A program made the position numbers and the translations under genes. The notes under the pieces are model-generated. The model was not told the origin of the DNA. It made no database searches and worked only from the letters and a program-made list of their open reading frames with translations. Shown piece by piece: positions 17,258 through 27,993 of a stretch of DNA of 64,000 nt (position 1 is its first letter; every line of letters starts with the position of its first letter). Source of the DNA: an uncultured bacterium (GTDB lineage: Bacteria; Fidelibacterota; UBA2242; JAFGTP01); contig CAZXFH010000009.1 in assembly GCA_964640055.1 (NCBI GenBank), positions 11,220 to 75,219 on the forward strand, written 5' to 3'.

Positions 17258-18841
17258 CTATTCGGCAATTAAGCTCTCTGCGGTCATTTCCGCGGGTATT
17301 CCCAATCCCATTAATTGCAAAGTAGTCGGTGCCAGATCAGATAATTTCCCCCGTTTGATCAAGTGTTTATCGGAGGCATCCCGGGCCACATAGATGCATT
17401 CCACCGGAAAGGTGGTATGGCTGGTTTTTGTTTCCCCGGTGTCATACTCGACCATCTGCTCGGAATTGCCATGATCGGCCGTGATAAATATATGGGCGTC
17501 CAGCGCCAGCAGACGACCGACTATTTTACCAACGCACTCATCGACAGTTGCAATGGCTTTTTTGGCCGCCTCGTAATCGCCGGTATGTCCCACCATATCA
17601 CCATTCGCATAGTTGATCACTATGAACTGATAGGGATTGTTCTGAAGGCGTTTTAAGATTTCCCGGGTAACCGGATGGGCTTCCATTTCCGGATGACTGG
17701 CAAAACTGGAAGGGTCCAGTTTACTCTTTATCTCGACTTGATCCTCGTTTTTGTTAGGAGTGGTTTTTTTGCCGTTAAAGAAGCTGGTTACATGCCGGAA
17801 TTTCTGGGTCTCGGCGATCCGTAACTGCTTTAATCCGGCCCGGGCAACAACCTCGCCCAATAGATTGTCCATTCCGCCGCCGCCGCTCATGGCTCCGATC
17901 AGGTACTCCTCGAATTCATCGTAATATTGGGTTAACCCCAAATATGCAACTTCCGGCCGACGATTCGGCTGGCCGGGATAATCAGGTTCAACAAAGGCTT
18001 TGGAGAGCTGAATGGCGCGGTCTTGTCGGTAGTTGGTATGGACGACACAATCGCCATCCTGCACCCCTTGATAGTCACCGATCACATAGGGCGGGATATA
18101 TTCATCAAACATGGGCACGTTATCCGGGGTTTGATCCTTTTGATAGGATTCCGCCACCGCGGCTTCAATACTCTCTGCGTGGCGGCCCTGGGCATCCACA
18201 ATGCAATTGTAGGCTTTGTCTGTCAAGTGCCAGTTCTCACCGCGATCCATACCATAATAGCGCCCCATGGCAGTTCCGATCTGGCAATTCCCTATTTCTG
18301 CCATCACCTCTTTTAACTGTGCAATATATTTGTTGCAGCTGCGCGGAGGGGTGTCACGACCGTCCAGAAAGGGATGGATAATGATCCGTCCTTCCGGATA
18401 AGCCTGGCGGGCTTCACGTAACATGGTGAACAAATGCTCTTGATAGGCATGCACACCCTGATCCTGCAAGAGACCCAGGAAATGCAATTGTGAAGCGTTT
18501 TTTTTCCAGAGATCAAGAATGTTTTTCCATTTGGGCGCCTTGAAGATAGTTCCCTTGGAGATACCATCGTCGATGCGCTTTATTTCCTGCACTACGATCC
18601 GGCCGGCACCGATATTCAAATGTCCCACTTCACTGGAACCCTGAAAGCCTTCCGGTACACCCACCGCTTCCCCGGAAGCATCTAATAATGTCCAGGGATA
18701 TTTTTGTTTGTAACTGTCCATGTTAGGGGTTTTGGCTGCCAGCACGGCATTGCCTCTGGTATTTTCATTATATCCCCATCCGTCGCGAATAATGATACAG
18801 ACCGGTCGCATATGATATGACTCCTTTTTATATTGTGTCAA
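17258..18841 (-). CDS. gpmI: 2,3-bisphosphoglycerate-independent phosphoglycerate mutase
   Basis: N-terminus 'RPVCIIIRDGWGYN', 'ITADHGN', length about 520 aa, and overall iPGM architecture. Confidence 0.85.
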   Translation of the reverse strand: MTQYKKESYHMRPVCIIIRDGWGYNENTRGNAVLAAKTPNMDSYKQKYPWTLLDASGEAVGVPEGFQGSSEVGHLNIGAGRIVVQEIKRIDDGISKGTIFKAPKWKNILDLWKKNASQLHFLGLLQDQGVHAYQEHLFTMLREARQAYPEGRIIIHPFLDGRDTPPRSCNKYIAQLKEVMAEIGNCQIGTAMGRYYGMDRGENWHLTDKAYNCIVDAQGRHAESIEAAVAESYQKDQTPDNVPMFDEYIPPYVIGDYQGVQDGDCVVHTNYRQDRAIQLSKAFVEPDYPGQPNRRPEVAYLGLTQYYDEFEEYLIGAMSGGGGMDNLLGEVVARAGLKQLRIAETQKFRHVTSFFNGKKTTPNKNEDQVEIKSKLDPSSFASHPEMEAHPVTREILKRLQNNPYQFIVINYANGDMVGHTGDYEAAKKAIATVDECVGKIVGRLLALDAHIFITADHGNSEQMVEYDTGETKTSHTTFPVECIYVARDASDKHLIKRGKLSDLAPTTLQLMGLGIPAEMTAESLIAE

Positions 18842-19211
18842 ATTTCTTTATAATCAACAACTTAAATATCCTCTGCATAACCTTGAAATATAATAAAGCC
18901 TGCTTTCTTTTTGAAGCGAATTCTCTTAAAAAGTTACAAATAAGGGCAGACTGAATGGCGGATCGCTAGCAGGCAAATCCAGAAAAAGGATGCATGATTG
19001 TTTAAGATTATATAATTTATAGCGGTTGTGGTACCAGGTTGAATAAAAGGAGATACTCGCCCTACTTGTTACCTAATTAAATTTCCATATTAAAATTTTA
19101 TTTTTCAGGCAATTCCTTTCGTGCCTTTGATGGCAGAGGCACTCTTTGCCAGACAAAGGTTTTGAATTCCTTTCTAAAGACTTTTAAATTTTGCCGACTT
19201 GAAGGGATGAT

Positions 19212-20180
19212 ATGTCAATTATTTGTAAACCGTTTAATCCACGACAAAGCAAACGCTGGGATAAATTTACCCAAGAAAGTGTAAACGGCACCTTGTTTCA
19301 TCGCCGTCGTTTTTTGTCCTACCATCCGGCCGAACGTTTTAAGGATGCTTCGCTGGTATTTACTAAAAAAGGACGCTTGTTTGCGCTCTTACCAGCCGCT
19401 CAGGTGGAACAGGCCGGTAAAAAAACGCTTTATTCACATCGGGGTGCCAGCTATGGGGGCTTTGTTTACCAGGAAGGCTTATCCATTGCTGAGGCCTATG
19501 ATCTGGTAGAGAATCTGCTTTGTTATGCCCGTGAACACGAATTCACGCGCATTGTCATGACATTACCGCCGGTCATTTACGAGCGGCGGTTATCCCAATA
19601 TATTGATTTCGCCTTGATCAAACATGGGTTTGGTTATCTGAAGCGGGAGGTTTCCAGCATTGTCACCCTGGAAAAAGATATCGCAACAAACATTAAAAAG
19701 TTTAAGCAGACCAACCGGACCGCTTTCCGGCGGGCCCAGAAACTGGGGGTAGCGGTGCGCGAATCACAGGATTTTGCGCGCTTCTATCAGATATTGGAAA
19801 AAAACCTGAAGATTCGTCATAATGTGGCGCCCACCCACACCTTGGATGAATTGTTGCAACTCAAACAGCTGTTCCCTGAGCAGATTTTTCTCTATGGCGC
19901 CTATGTAGGTGCGGAGATGATCGCCGGTGTGGTGATGTTTGACTGCAATCAGGATGTGTCCCTGGCCTTTTACATCAGTCACGACGAGACCAAACAACGC
20001 TACCGGGGGGTTAATCTGCTGTTTTATCATATTATTGAGCGTTGTATTCACCAGGGCTTTAAATATCTGGATTTTGGAATTTTTACGGTCAATATGGAGC
20101 CCAACTTTGGGCTGGCCCGTTTTAAAGAGGGGTTTGGATCCAGCGGCATTTTAAGGGATACGTTGTTCCTGGATTTGTAA
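19212..20180 (+). CDS. FemAB-like / GNAT-fold acyltransferase (polysaccharide-cluster associated)
   Basis: About 320 aa. Sits first in the exopolysaccharide gene cluster. Only weak resemblance to FemAB/GNAT (PF13480-like) proteins. Confidence 0.4.
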   Translation: MSIICKPFNPRQSKRWDKFTQESVNGTLFHRRRFLSYHPAERFKDASLVFTKKGRLFALLPAAQVEQAGKKTLYSHRGASYGGFVYQEGLSIAEAYDLVENLLCYAREHEFTRIVMTLPPVIYERRLSQYIDFALIKHGFGYLKREVSSIVTLEKDIATNIKKFKQTNRTAFRRAQKLGVAVRESQDFARFYQILEKNLKIRHNVAPTHTLDELLQLKQLFPEQIFLYGAYVGAEMIAGVVMFDCNQDVSLAFYISHDETKQRYRGVNLLFYHIIERCIHQGFKYLDFGIFTVNMEPNFGLARFKEGFGSSGILRDTLFLDL

Positions 20181-20325
20181 GCAAGGGGTGATTATCGGCG
20201 ATTGTTACCGGCATGATCAAAGCATTTAATGTCAATCAGTAATAGATCTCCACATTAAGAGATCGTATTTAATTAAAAAGATCATTTTATAATATAATTA
20301 AAAATCAGGGGCTTCTTACATCTAA

Positions 20326-21813
20326 ATGAGTTTTATGTTATCCAGGATCAAGCAGTTGACTAAACAGACATTAGTATATGGTGTGGGTACCATTCTGACC
20401 CGCTTCGTTACCTTTATGCTGCTTCCAGTTTATACCAATGTGCTTTCGCCGGCCGACTATGGACTGGCCGTGCTCATCTTTGTTTTTCTGGCTTTTATGA
20501 ACTATATCTACAATTACGGGTTGGATTCGGCGCTTTTGCGCTTTTATAGTGGGGCTACCAAGCCAAAAAACAAAACCCGTATTCTTTCCACTGCGGTTTG
20601 GATGGCCCTGGCAGCCAGTGCCGCACTCAGTCTGGTCATCTATGCCCTGCGTATGCCGCTGGCCAACGTGTTGCTCTCGGAGCAGGAGGGCGCTATATTT
20701 TTTAAATATGCAGCCCTGATTCTGTTTTTTGACTGTCTCTGCCGGATACCCTTTGCCCTGCTCAGATTAAAGGAAAAACCCTACGCATTTATGGGCATCC
20801 GTTTGATAAACGTGGCCATGACCCTGGGATTGAACATCTATTTTGTGGTGATCCTAAAGATGGGGGTTATCGGCATTTTTCGTAGTAATCTAATCACTTC
20901 GGCCACCACAGCCACCTTGCTTTACCTCATTATGGTTAAGGAACTTTCCTTTACTTTTTCCGGCCAGCTATCCAAAGATTTATTGTTATTCGGGCTACCC
21001 TTTATACCCACCGGTCTGGCGACGGCCGCTATGGAGATGATCAACCGCTACATTGTCAAGCACTTTTTGGGATTGGATGCCGTGGGTCTCTTCAGTGCCG
21101 GTTATAAGCTGGGGATTTTTATGCTGCTGGTTTCCACGGCCTTTTTTTATGCTTGGCAGCCCTTTTTTCTGAGGGTCGGGCCTGCGGAAAATTCACGCCG
21201 GTTATTTGGCCGTATATTGACCTATTTTACGGCGGTTGCCCTGAGCTTCTGGGTGCTACTGACTCTGTTCATGCCTGAAATTGTGAATTTACATATCAAG
21301 GATATATATCTAATTGGTCCTGAATTCCAATCCTGTGTAACTATTGTTCCTTTTGTGCTGCTGGGATATGTTTTCTACGGGATCAATCAGGTGTTTTTAC
21401 CGGGGATCTATTTTAAAAAGAAGACCCGTTACCTGGCATCCAATACGGTTCTTGCCGCCCTGATTAATGTGGGTGCCAATTATTACTTAGTTCCTCGTCT
21501 GGGGATCGTGGGATCGGCACTGGCCAGTCTGATCGGCTATATTTGTCTGGCGGCGGCCACCTATTTTGTTTCGCAGCGCTTGTTTAAAGTCCATTACGAG
21601 TACGGGCGGGTGATATTGTTGTTGGGTGTGACCCTGGTCGCAGGATTCAGCGGCTATTTTTTCTCTTTGAGCTGGTATGTGCGCCTGATCATTGTGGTTA
21701 GCCTGCCATTATTGTTACGTTTGTTTGGGTTTTTTAAACCTGAGGAATTGCGCGGGCTACTAAACATTTTCAAGAACCGCTTTAAGACTACCGGGATCCA
21801 TGCCGAACAATAA
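20326..21813 (+). CDS. Polysaccharide biosynthesis protein, MOP-superfamily (Wzx-like) flippase
   Basis: Twelve or more TM helices. N-terminal 'LVYGVGTILTRFVTFMLLPVYTNVL' is typical of Wzx/polysaccharide biosynthesis proteins. Confidence 0.65.
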   Translation: MSFMLSRIKQLTKQTLVYGVGTILTRFVTFMLLPVYTNVLSPADYGLAVLIFVFLAFMNYIYNYGLDSALLRFYSGATKPKNKTRILSTAVWMALAASAALSLVIYALRMPLANVLLSEQEGAIFFKYAALILFFDCLCRIPFALLRLKEKPYAFMGIRLINVAMTLGLNIYFVVILKMGVIGIFRSNLITSATTATLLYLIMVKELSFTFSGQLSKDLLLFGLPFIPTGLATAAMEMINRYIVKHFLGLDAVGLFSAGYKLGIFMLLVSTAFFYAWQPFFLRVGPAENSRRLFGRILTYFTAVALSFWVLLTLFMPEIVNLHIKDIYLIGPEFQSCVTIVPFVLLGYVFYGINQVFLPGIYFKKKTRYLASNTVLAALINVGANYYLVPRLGIVGSALASLIGYICLAAATYFVSQRLFKVHYEYGRVILLLGVTLVAGFSGYFFSLSWYVRLIIVVSLPLLLRLFGFFKPEELRGLLNIFKNRFKTTGIHAEQ

Positions 21814-23248
21814 GTATAAACAATTATTCAGCGAAACTGTTATTTATGCTTCCGGGCTTATTTTAACCCGTGGGGTCAGCTTTCTGCTGGTGCCTCTCTA
21901 TACCAATTTTTTAAGCCGGCCACAATACGGCCTGATCTCTCTGGCCTACGCCTTTATTGGTTTTATGACCGTGATTTTGGCCTATGGCTCTGATGCAGCC
22001 TTATTAAAATATTACGTGCAGAAATCTGCGCGAAAGAAGGATTATTTCTCCACTGTTTATGCCATGCTCTTTGTGACCACCATCTTCTTTTTTATTTTTT
22101 CCTATGGCCTGCGACGGCCTTTATCAGTCCTGGTGCTGGGCGATCACCAGCCGGAATTTTTTGTCTTTTGTAGTGTCGTTATTTTCTTTGATGTGCTTAA
22201 CTCCATCACCATGTTGATTTTCCGGGCGGAAAACCGAGCCCGGTTCTATGTTTTTTTCGGTTTTTTAAATACCAGCCTGCAACTGGTACTGAATGTCTAC
22301 CTGGTCGGTAAACTGCGCCTGGGGGTGTCTGGCATTTTTTATAGCAATATGATCAGTTCGGCCCTGATCTGGCTGTTAACCCTCTATTTTGTTGTGCGGC
22401 GCTTTCGGTTTCACCGCATTTCCTTAGGATCATTAAAGGCCGTCCTGCAGTTCGGTTTGCCCTTTTTACCTTCTGGTATTTTTGCCATGTTGCTTGAATT
22501 GGCGGACCGCTACTTACTGCGCATATTCACCGACCTGGAGACGGTCGGATTATATAACGCCGGTTACAAAATGGGCATGTTAATGCTGTTATTTGTCTAT
22601 GGGTTTAATGCCGGCTGGCATCCCTTCTTTTTAAAAGAGAGTGAAAAAACCAATGCCAGAGCAACTTTTGCCAAGATTACTACCTATATAACCCTGGTGC
22701 TGATTTTTCTCTGGTTGGTTTTCAGTTTTTGGTTCCAGGATCTGGTGAAAATTTCCATTGCCGGGCGGCATTTGATCGCCACTGAATATTGGCCGGGGTT
22801 GGCAATTACACCCATAATATGGCTGGCCTATATCTTTCGCGCCTTTTATCTCTTACAGCTCCCGGGAATTTATAATCTAAAAAAAACCAAATATGCACCG
22901 ATATTCCGTGGGATAGGAGCCGGCAGCAATATTCTTCTGAATATTATCCTTATTCCCTATTACGGTCTTTTGGGGGCTGCTTATGCCACTTTGATCGCCT
23001 TTATCATCATGGCAGTGGCCATCTTTGTCCTGAACCGTAAAATATACCCGATCCCTTATGAGTGGAGCCGGATTCTGCGCATTATTATTATCGGCCTGGG
23101 TTGTTATCTAACCTATTATTTCCTGGGAAACGATGCCGTCCTGGTGCGTCTGGCGCTCACCGCTCTTTTTCCCTTGGGCCTTTGGGCAACCGGATTTCTT
23201 AATCGCAGCGACCGGTTGTTCATCCGCCGGTTATTTATTAGCCAGTAG
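21800..23248 (+). CDS. Second MOP-superfamily (Wzx-like) flippase, paralogue of the preceding gene
   Basis: Same architecture and N-terminal motif ('VIYASGLILTRGVSFLLVPLYTNFL'). Overlaps the upstream gene by 14 nt. Confidence 0.65.
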   Translation: MPNNKYKQLFSETVIYASGLILTRGVSFLLVPLYTNFLSRPQYGLISLAYAFIGFMTVILAYGSDAALLKYYVQKSARKKDYFSTVYAMLFVTTIFFFIFSYGLRRPLSVLVLGDHQPEFFVFCSVVIFFDVLNSITMLIFRAENRARFYVFFGFLNTSLQLVLNVYLVGKLRLGVSGIFYSNMISSALIWLLTLYFVVRRFRFHRISLGSLKAVLQFGLPFLPSGIFAMLLELADRYLLRIFTDLETVGLYNAGYKMGMLMLLFVYGFNAGWHPFFLKESEKTNARATFAKITTYITLVLIFLWLVFSFWFQDLVKISIAGRHLIATEYWPGLAITPIIWLAYIFRAFYLLQLPGIYNLKKTKYAPIFRGIGAGSNILLNIILIPYYGLLGAAYATLIAFIIMAVAIFVLNRKIYPIPYEWSRILRIIIIGLGCYLTYYFLGNDAVLVRLALTALFPLGLWATGFLNRSDRLFIRRLFISQ

Positions 23249-24452
23249 CAACCGGGCGTCGGTTTGTTTGTTTTATTTTATTAAAAAGTTGGTTGATCGC
23301 CGAGGCAAAGGCGCGATCGCTGTAATGTTTTTCAGCCACCGCGCGGATTTGGTCCGGAGAATACTGGGCATAATTTTCCATCATGCCAATCATCGCCGCT
23401 GCCAGCGCTTTGACATTATTGGGCTCGACTAGCATACCGGTTTCCGGCCTGATAATATCTTGCGGACCCCCGCAGCGGGTTGCGATAACCGGCAACCCGG
23501 CTGCCATAGCCTCCACCAAAGCGACCCCAAAGGTTTCCTCTTCACTACTCAGCACCAGACAATGCATCTGAGCCAATTTACGGGCGACTGCTGTTTTAGA
23601 TAAATACCCGCAAAAAGAGACCTGTCTGCTGATCCCCAGCTCTTGGGCGAGGGCTTTTAAGTCCTGACGTAGCGCCCCATCACCGATTAGATCCAGTGTG
23701 ATTCCCGGTTGGTAGTCAGCTATCTGTGCGAAGGCCCTGATAAGAATCTCCAGCCGTTTTTCCGGGCGAAACAAAGCTATGGCCACGAAGCGGAATAAGC
23801 CCGGGCTGGGAAAGCTGTGATGTATCTCAAAGGCGGTAACTTCGGCCGGGTTAGGAATCACGGTCAGCTTCCCTCTTGCCTCCGGAAATTGGGCGGCAAT
23901 CGCTTTTTTCAAGGCGGTGCTGGTGGCAATAATACCATGGGTATAGCGATAGGCGCGGTTAATGCACTTGCGCTGCAGATATGTAAGACGAACAGGTGGT
24001 AAAAATTCTTTTAAATGTTCGGAAATCACATAGGGAATACCCTGTTGCATTAGAAAACGTCCCATAGCAGCTCCGGCCCACAATGATGAATTGATAAATA
24101 CCATCTGCGGAGCACCCTGTGTGGTTACGGCGCGTTTAAATAGAGATATGATACGCTGTTGGTAAAACAAATGGGTCAGTAAAGGTAATTTGGGAAACCA
24201 GTTGATACTTTCCTGGCGGTAGGTTAAGACTCCCTGTTCCCGCCCTTGCGAAGCAGAGATAAGGGGGGGGTGGTCAGATCTGTAGAGCATTTTATGAGAG
24301 TGAATAAGACTGGTTATCACCACCACCTTAAACCCGTACCGTTGAAGGATTTTTGCCCGGTCGCGAAAAAAAGTCCCGGCTGTGGGATCGACTTGCGATG
24401 GATACCAGGAAGGCATAACGAATAGGTTTATAGGGTTAATGGCGGATTTCAT
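23238..24452 (-). CDS. Glycosyltransferase family 4
   Basis: C-terminal GT4 motif 'EETFGVALVEAMAAGLPVIATRCGGPQDII'. Confidence 0.7.
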   Translation of the reverse strand: MKSAINPINLFVMPSWYPSQVDPTAGTFFRDRAKILQRYGFKVVVITSLIHSHKMLYRSDHPPLISASQGREQGVLTYRQESINWFPKLPLLTHLFYQQRIISLFKRAVTTQGAPQMVFINSSLWAGAAMGRFLMQQGIPYVISEHLKEFLPPVRLTYLQRKCINRAYRYTHGIIATSTALKKAIAAQFPEARGKLTVIPNPAEVTAFEIHHSFPSPGLFRFVAIALFRPEKRLEILIRAFAQIADYQPGITLDLIGDGALRQDLKALAQELGISRQVSFCGYLSKTAVARKLAQMHCLVLSSEEETFGVALVEAMAAGLPVIATRCGGPQDIIRPETGMLVEPNNVKALAAAMIGMMENYAQYSPDQIRAVAEKHYSDRAFASAINQLFNKIKQTNRRPVATG

Positions 24453-24624
24453 CAGACCAATAAACTTAGGGGCTTAATTTAAAGAATCCAAAAAGATGTT
24501 TTATTCCTGTTCAATAAGACTTGATACTCAGCCACTATTAAATAATCTGTCTGCACACAGCTGCCGTCATAAACCGATGAAATAAAATATATAAAAAAAG
24601 CTTTATATTTACTATTTTATCGCG

Positions 24625-25707
24625 ATGCTGAAAATCCTCTATATATCACCTGAAAATACGGCCGGTACCTTAAACTATTGGAAAAAAGCACATGAGCTAA
24701 ATAATAACTTTTGTCGCTTTGTTACTTTTTTTAAATCCGCCGCCGGATATGAAGATGATATTCTGCTAAACTTGCCTTTGATCGCCTCGCGCCCCTGGTA
24801 CCTGCGTACACGGCTGCTGATGACCAAACATTTAGAGCGCCGCAAACCCTGGCAGGACCTGGCGGGTCATCCCCCGATATGGCAACCGCCCGGCTGGCAA
24901 AAGATACTCATCCGTATACGGGAATGGCTCTGGACACCGCAAATTAAAAGGGCCATTCAGCGGTATAATTTGGACGATTTTGACATATACCATTTTGAAT
25001 GGGGCACCGATTTTTACCGTAATGCAAAATTTGCCCGTAAACTGAAGGAACGCGGTAAAAAGATCATTTGCCACTACCATGGGCAGGATATGCGCCACCG
25101 GGGGGTAATTCCGGCCATGGACCAGCTGAGCGATCTGAATCTGACTAACGAGCTCGATCTGCTAGCGCGTCATCCTGATATCAATTATATTTTTCTCCCC
25201 TTTGATGTACAGGCCTTCAAGCCCCAACAACAGCTCAATCATCCCCTAACTATCTGTCACGCCACCACCAATCGTAAAATCAAAGGATCGGATCACATTA
25301 TCAACGTATGCAAAGCCTTGGAAAAATCACATGGCGTACGCTTTATTTTTATTGAAAACAAATCCCATAAGGAAACCCTGCGGTTAAAGCAGCAAGCGGA
25401 TATTTATATTGACCAGATAACTGATTGGGCCCCGGGATATGGCATGAACTCTCTGGAGGCACTCTCTTTGGGAGTGGTCTGCGTCACTTATCTGAATCCA
25501 GAGGTTGAAGATTTTCTAGGAGAGCATCCCTTTGTGAATGCGTCTACCATAAATCTCAAAGCGCAGCTGCTGCAATTAATTGAACAGCCCGATCGATTAC
25601 TTCAAAAACGCCTTCACAGCCGACAATGGGTGGCAGATCATCATGATTACCGTAATGTGGTTAAACGCCTTTATCAATATTATCGTAAAATCGGGATCAT
25701 GGATTGA
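24625..25707 (+). CDS. Divergent GT-B-fold glycosyltransferase-like protein
   Basis: C-terminal 'GYGMNSLEALSLGVVCVT' resembles the GT4 nucleotide-sugar-binding block. Low similarity overall. Confidence 0.4.
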   Translation: MLKILYISPENTAGTLNYWKKAHELNNNFCRFVTFFKSAAGYEDDILLNLPLIASRPWYLRTRLLMTKHLERRKPWQDLAGHPPIWQPPGWQKILIRIREWLWTPQIKRAIQRYNLDDFDIYHFEWGTDFYRNAKFARKLKERGKKIICHYHGQDMRHRGVIPAMDQLSDLNLTNELDLLARHPDINYIFLPFDVQAFKPQQQLNHPLTICHATTNRKIKGSDHIINVCKALEKSHGVRFIFIENKSHKETLRLKQQADIYIDQITDWAPGYGMNSLEALSLGVVCVTYLNPEVEDFLGEHPFVNASTINLKAQLLQLIEQPDRLLQKRLHSRQWVADHHDYRNVVKRLYQYYRKIGIMD

Positions 25708-25710
25708 GCC

Positions 25711-26769
25711 ATGAAGATTAGTTTTGTTTTACCCGGTTTTATTAAAGTCCCGATGGGCGGTGTCAAAGTTGTGAATGAGCTCGCCGGGCATCTGGCCCAC
25801 CGAGGCTACAAGGTCACCCTGCTTTATCCTCAAAAGACCACCTGCTCCACATTTTACAGGTTAAAGAAAAGGGGGGTTGAACTGCTTGACCGTCTTAATC
25901 ATGTGGCGCATTCTTTATATTATACGCCTGATCCGCAGGTCAATGTGCTGGTTATCCGTAAGCCTATTGCCAGATATATCCCCTCCGGCGATGCGGTCGT
26001 TGCAGTAGGGTGGCAGACTGCGCAGTGGGTGAATGCCCTGCCAGTTGTACACGGCAAACAGTATTATTATCTGCAGAGCTTGGAAACCTATTTTAAAGTC
26101 GGTAAAAAAGTGTTGAAGAGCTATCAGCTGCCCTTGCAGAAAGTCGCTGTTTCCCAATGGATTATTGATGAGTTACACAAGATAGGGGCAACCGCCCACG
26201 GACCCTTGGGGAATGCAATTAATCCGGCAGAATTTTATCAAACCGCTGCCCGGGAAAGTCGATACTATGATGTATTGATGTATTATCATCCCCAAAAAAT
26301 AAAAGGCGCCCGGGACGGTTTGCGCGTACTGGGAAAATTGAAAGCCCTGCGACCCGCCTGTAAAGCCGCGCTCATCGCTCCCCGCAAACCAGTCCATTTG
26401 ATTCCCACATGGGTTGATTTATATATCCGTCCTCGGGTATCTCAATTACGTCAGATTTACAACGATACTAAGCTTTTGCTGCATACCAGCCACTGGGAAG
26501 GGTGGGCCCTGCCACCAATGGAGGCTTTGGCCTGTGGATGTGGTGTGGTAGCGGCGAAAAACCGGGGGGTCCAGGAATATTTGACCCATAATCAGAATGT
26601 TCTTTTTGCCGGGGTAGGTGATATTGAGGGCCTAATAGTTCAGACACTCAAATTGCTTGACAATCCTGTCTTACGCAAGAAATTGAATCAAAACGGGCAG
26701 CGCTGCTTGACGGAATATACCTGGGATAAAGTGGCGGCTCGCTTTTCCCAATATCTGGAAAGAGACTAA
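25711..26769 (+). CDS. Glycosyltransferase (GT4-like)
   Basis: 'HTSHWEGWALPPMEALACGCGVVAAKNRGVQEYL' matches the E-x7-E GT4 region. Confidence 0.6.
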   Translation: MKISFVLPGFIKVPMGGVKVVNELAGHLAHRGYKVTLLYPQKTTCSTFYRLKKRGVELLDRLNHVAHSLYYTPDPQVNVLVIRKPIARYIPSGDAVVAVGWQTAQWVNALPVVHGKQYYYLQSLETYFKVGKKVLKSYQLPLQKVAVSQWIIDELHKIGATAHGPLGNAINPAEFYQTAARESRYYDVLMYYHPQKIKGARDGLRVLGKLKALRPACKAALIAPRKPVHLIPTWVDLYIRPRVSQLRQIYNDTKLLLHTSHWEGWALPPMEALACGCGVVAAKNRGVQEYLTHNQNVLFAGVGDIEGLIVQTLKLLDNPVLRKKLNQNGQRCLTEYTWDKVAARFSQYLERD

Positions 26770-26772
26770 CTT

Positions 26773-27750
26773 ATGGGTACTGTTTCTCCTGACATCAGTA
26801 TTATCATTCCGGCCTTTAATGCTGCGCATACGCTTAACACTTGTATACGCGCTTTGGATACTCAACGGTTCCCCACAAAAGCCTTTGAAATTATCGTGGT
26901 CAATGACCGTAGCACGGATGCAACCGGTACTATCTTAAGCTGCCTAAAAAGAGACCTTTCTGCTAATTTGCGGGTTGTTCAACATTCCGTAAATCGAGGA
27001 CGCTCCGCCGCCCGGAATAGTGGTATAAAAGCGGCTTCCGGCCGCTTGTTGATTTTTCTGGATGCGGATCTGGAGGTACCACCGGATTTTATCGCCCGAC
27101 ACGTTGAACACTATCGCTCCGCCGGGGTGGTGGGTGTTAGCGGAACCTCCCTTCCCGCCCCGGGCATACCGGACACTAAATATCAACGCTATCTATATCA
27201 GGCTAAGCGGGGGGGTAGGAAACATCCGCCGGACCAACCCCTGCACTATTCTGCGTTTTTGTTCAACAATTGTTCGCTCCGTAAAAAAGTTTTCACCCGG
27301 GTCGGTCTTTTTGATGAAAAAATATGCCATTACGGGGGGGAGGACACTGAAATGGCCTATCGCATCTGGCAACAATATCCCGCCGGTTTAAGCTATGATC
27401 CGCAACTGACGGTGCGCCATCATCATTATCGCAAGCTGCCGCATGTGTTGCATATTATCGAAAATTTTGGCGCCTGTGTAGTGCCTTATCTGGTGCAAAA
27501 ACATCCAACGCTGGCGGGTTTATATCGTTATGACTGGCTAAAGTACCGCTTTGGTTTGACCACTCCCGCAATTTCTATTATCAAATTAGTGTCAGGGAGG
27601 ATTATTCGGGCCCACATAAGCCAGAGGATGTTATTTTTACTTTATCACCTGATGCCTTATCCCATATCAAATTATGTTATCAAAGCGTTAATGGCCAGCG
27701 CCTTGCTCAGAGGTATTGCCAGTGCGAAAAACACACCGGATTTGGCCTGA
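26773..27750 (+). CDS. Glycosyltransferase family 2
   Basis: 'ISIIIPAFNAAHTL', 'VVNDRSTDAT', 'LIFLDADL' (DxD) are GT2 GT-A fold hallmarks. Confidence 0.75.
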   Translation: MGTVSPDISIIIPAFNAAHTLNTCIRALDTQRFPTKAFEIIVVNDRSTDATGTILSCLKRDLSANLRVVQHSVNRGRSAARNSGIKAASGRLLIFLDADLEVPPDFIARHVEHYRSAGVVGVSGTSLPAPGIPDTKYQRYLYQAKRGGRKHPPDQPLHYSAFLFNNCSLRKKVFTRVGLFDEKICHYGGEDTEMAYRIWQQYPAGLSYDPQLTVRHHHYRKLPHVLHIIENFGACVVPYLVQKHPTLAGLYRYDWLKYRFGLTTPAISIIKLVSGRIIRAHISQRMLFLLYHLMPYPISNYVIKALMASALLRGIASAKNTPDLA

Positions 27751-27993
27751 ATAATCTCCGGAATGGCGTTCCGGCAAGCGGGTTCGCTTTTGAGTCCGCC
27801 CCTCTAATTTTAGTCGTGAATACACTGTCGGCGGTTGTTAAAAATGTGATTAATATCATTGGTTCCTGGCCAAAAGGATTGTAGGTTTACCGTTGGGTAT
27901 AGCTGGTTTTTGTATAACTTTTTTTCTTCATTGAGTGGAATTAATTTTTTATTCTGCAATAGTCTGAAAAGCATAAAGAACATTCAGGAAAAT

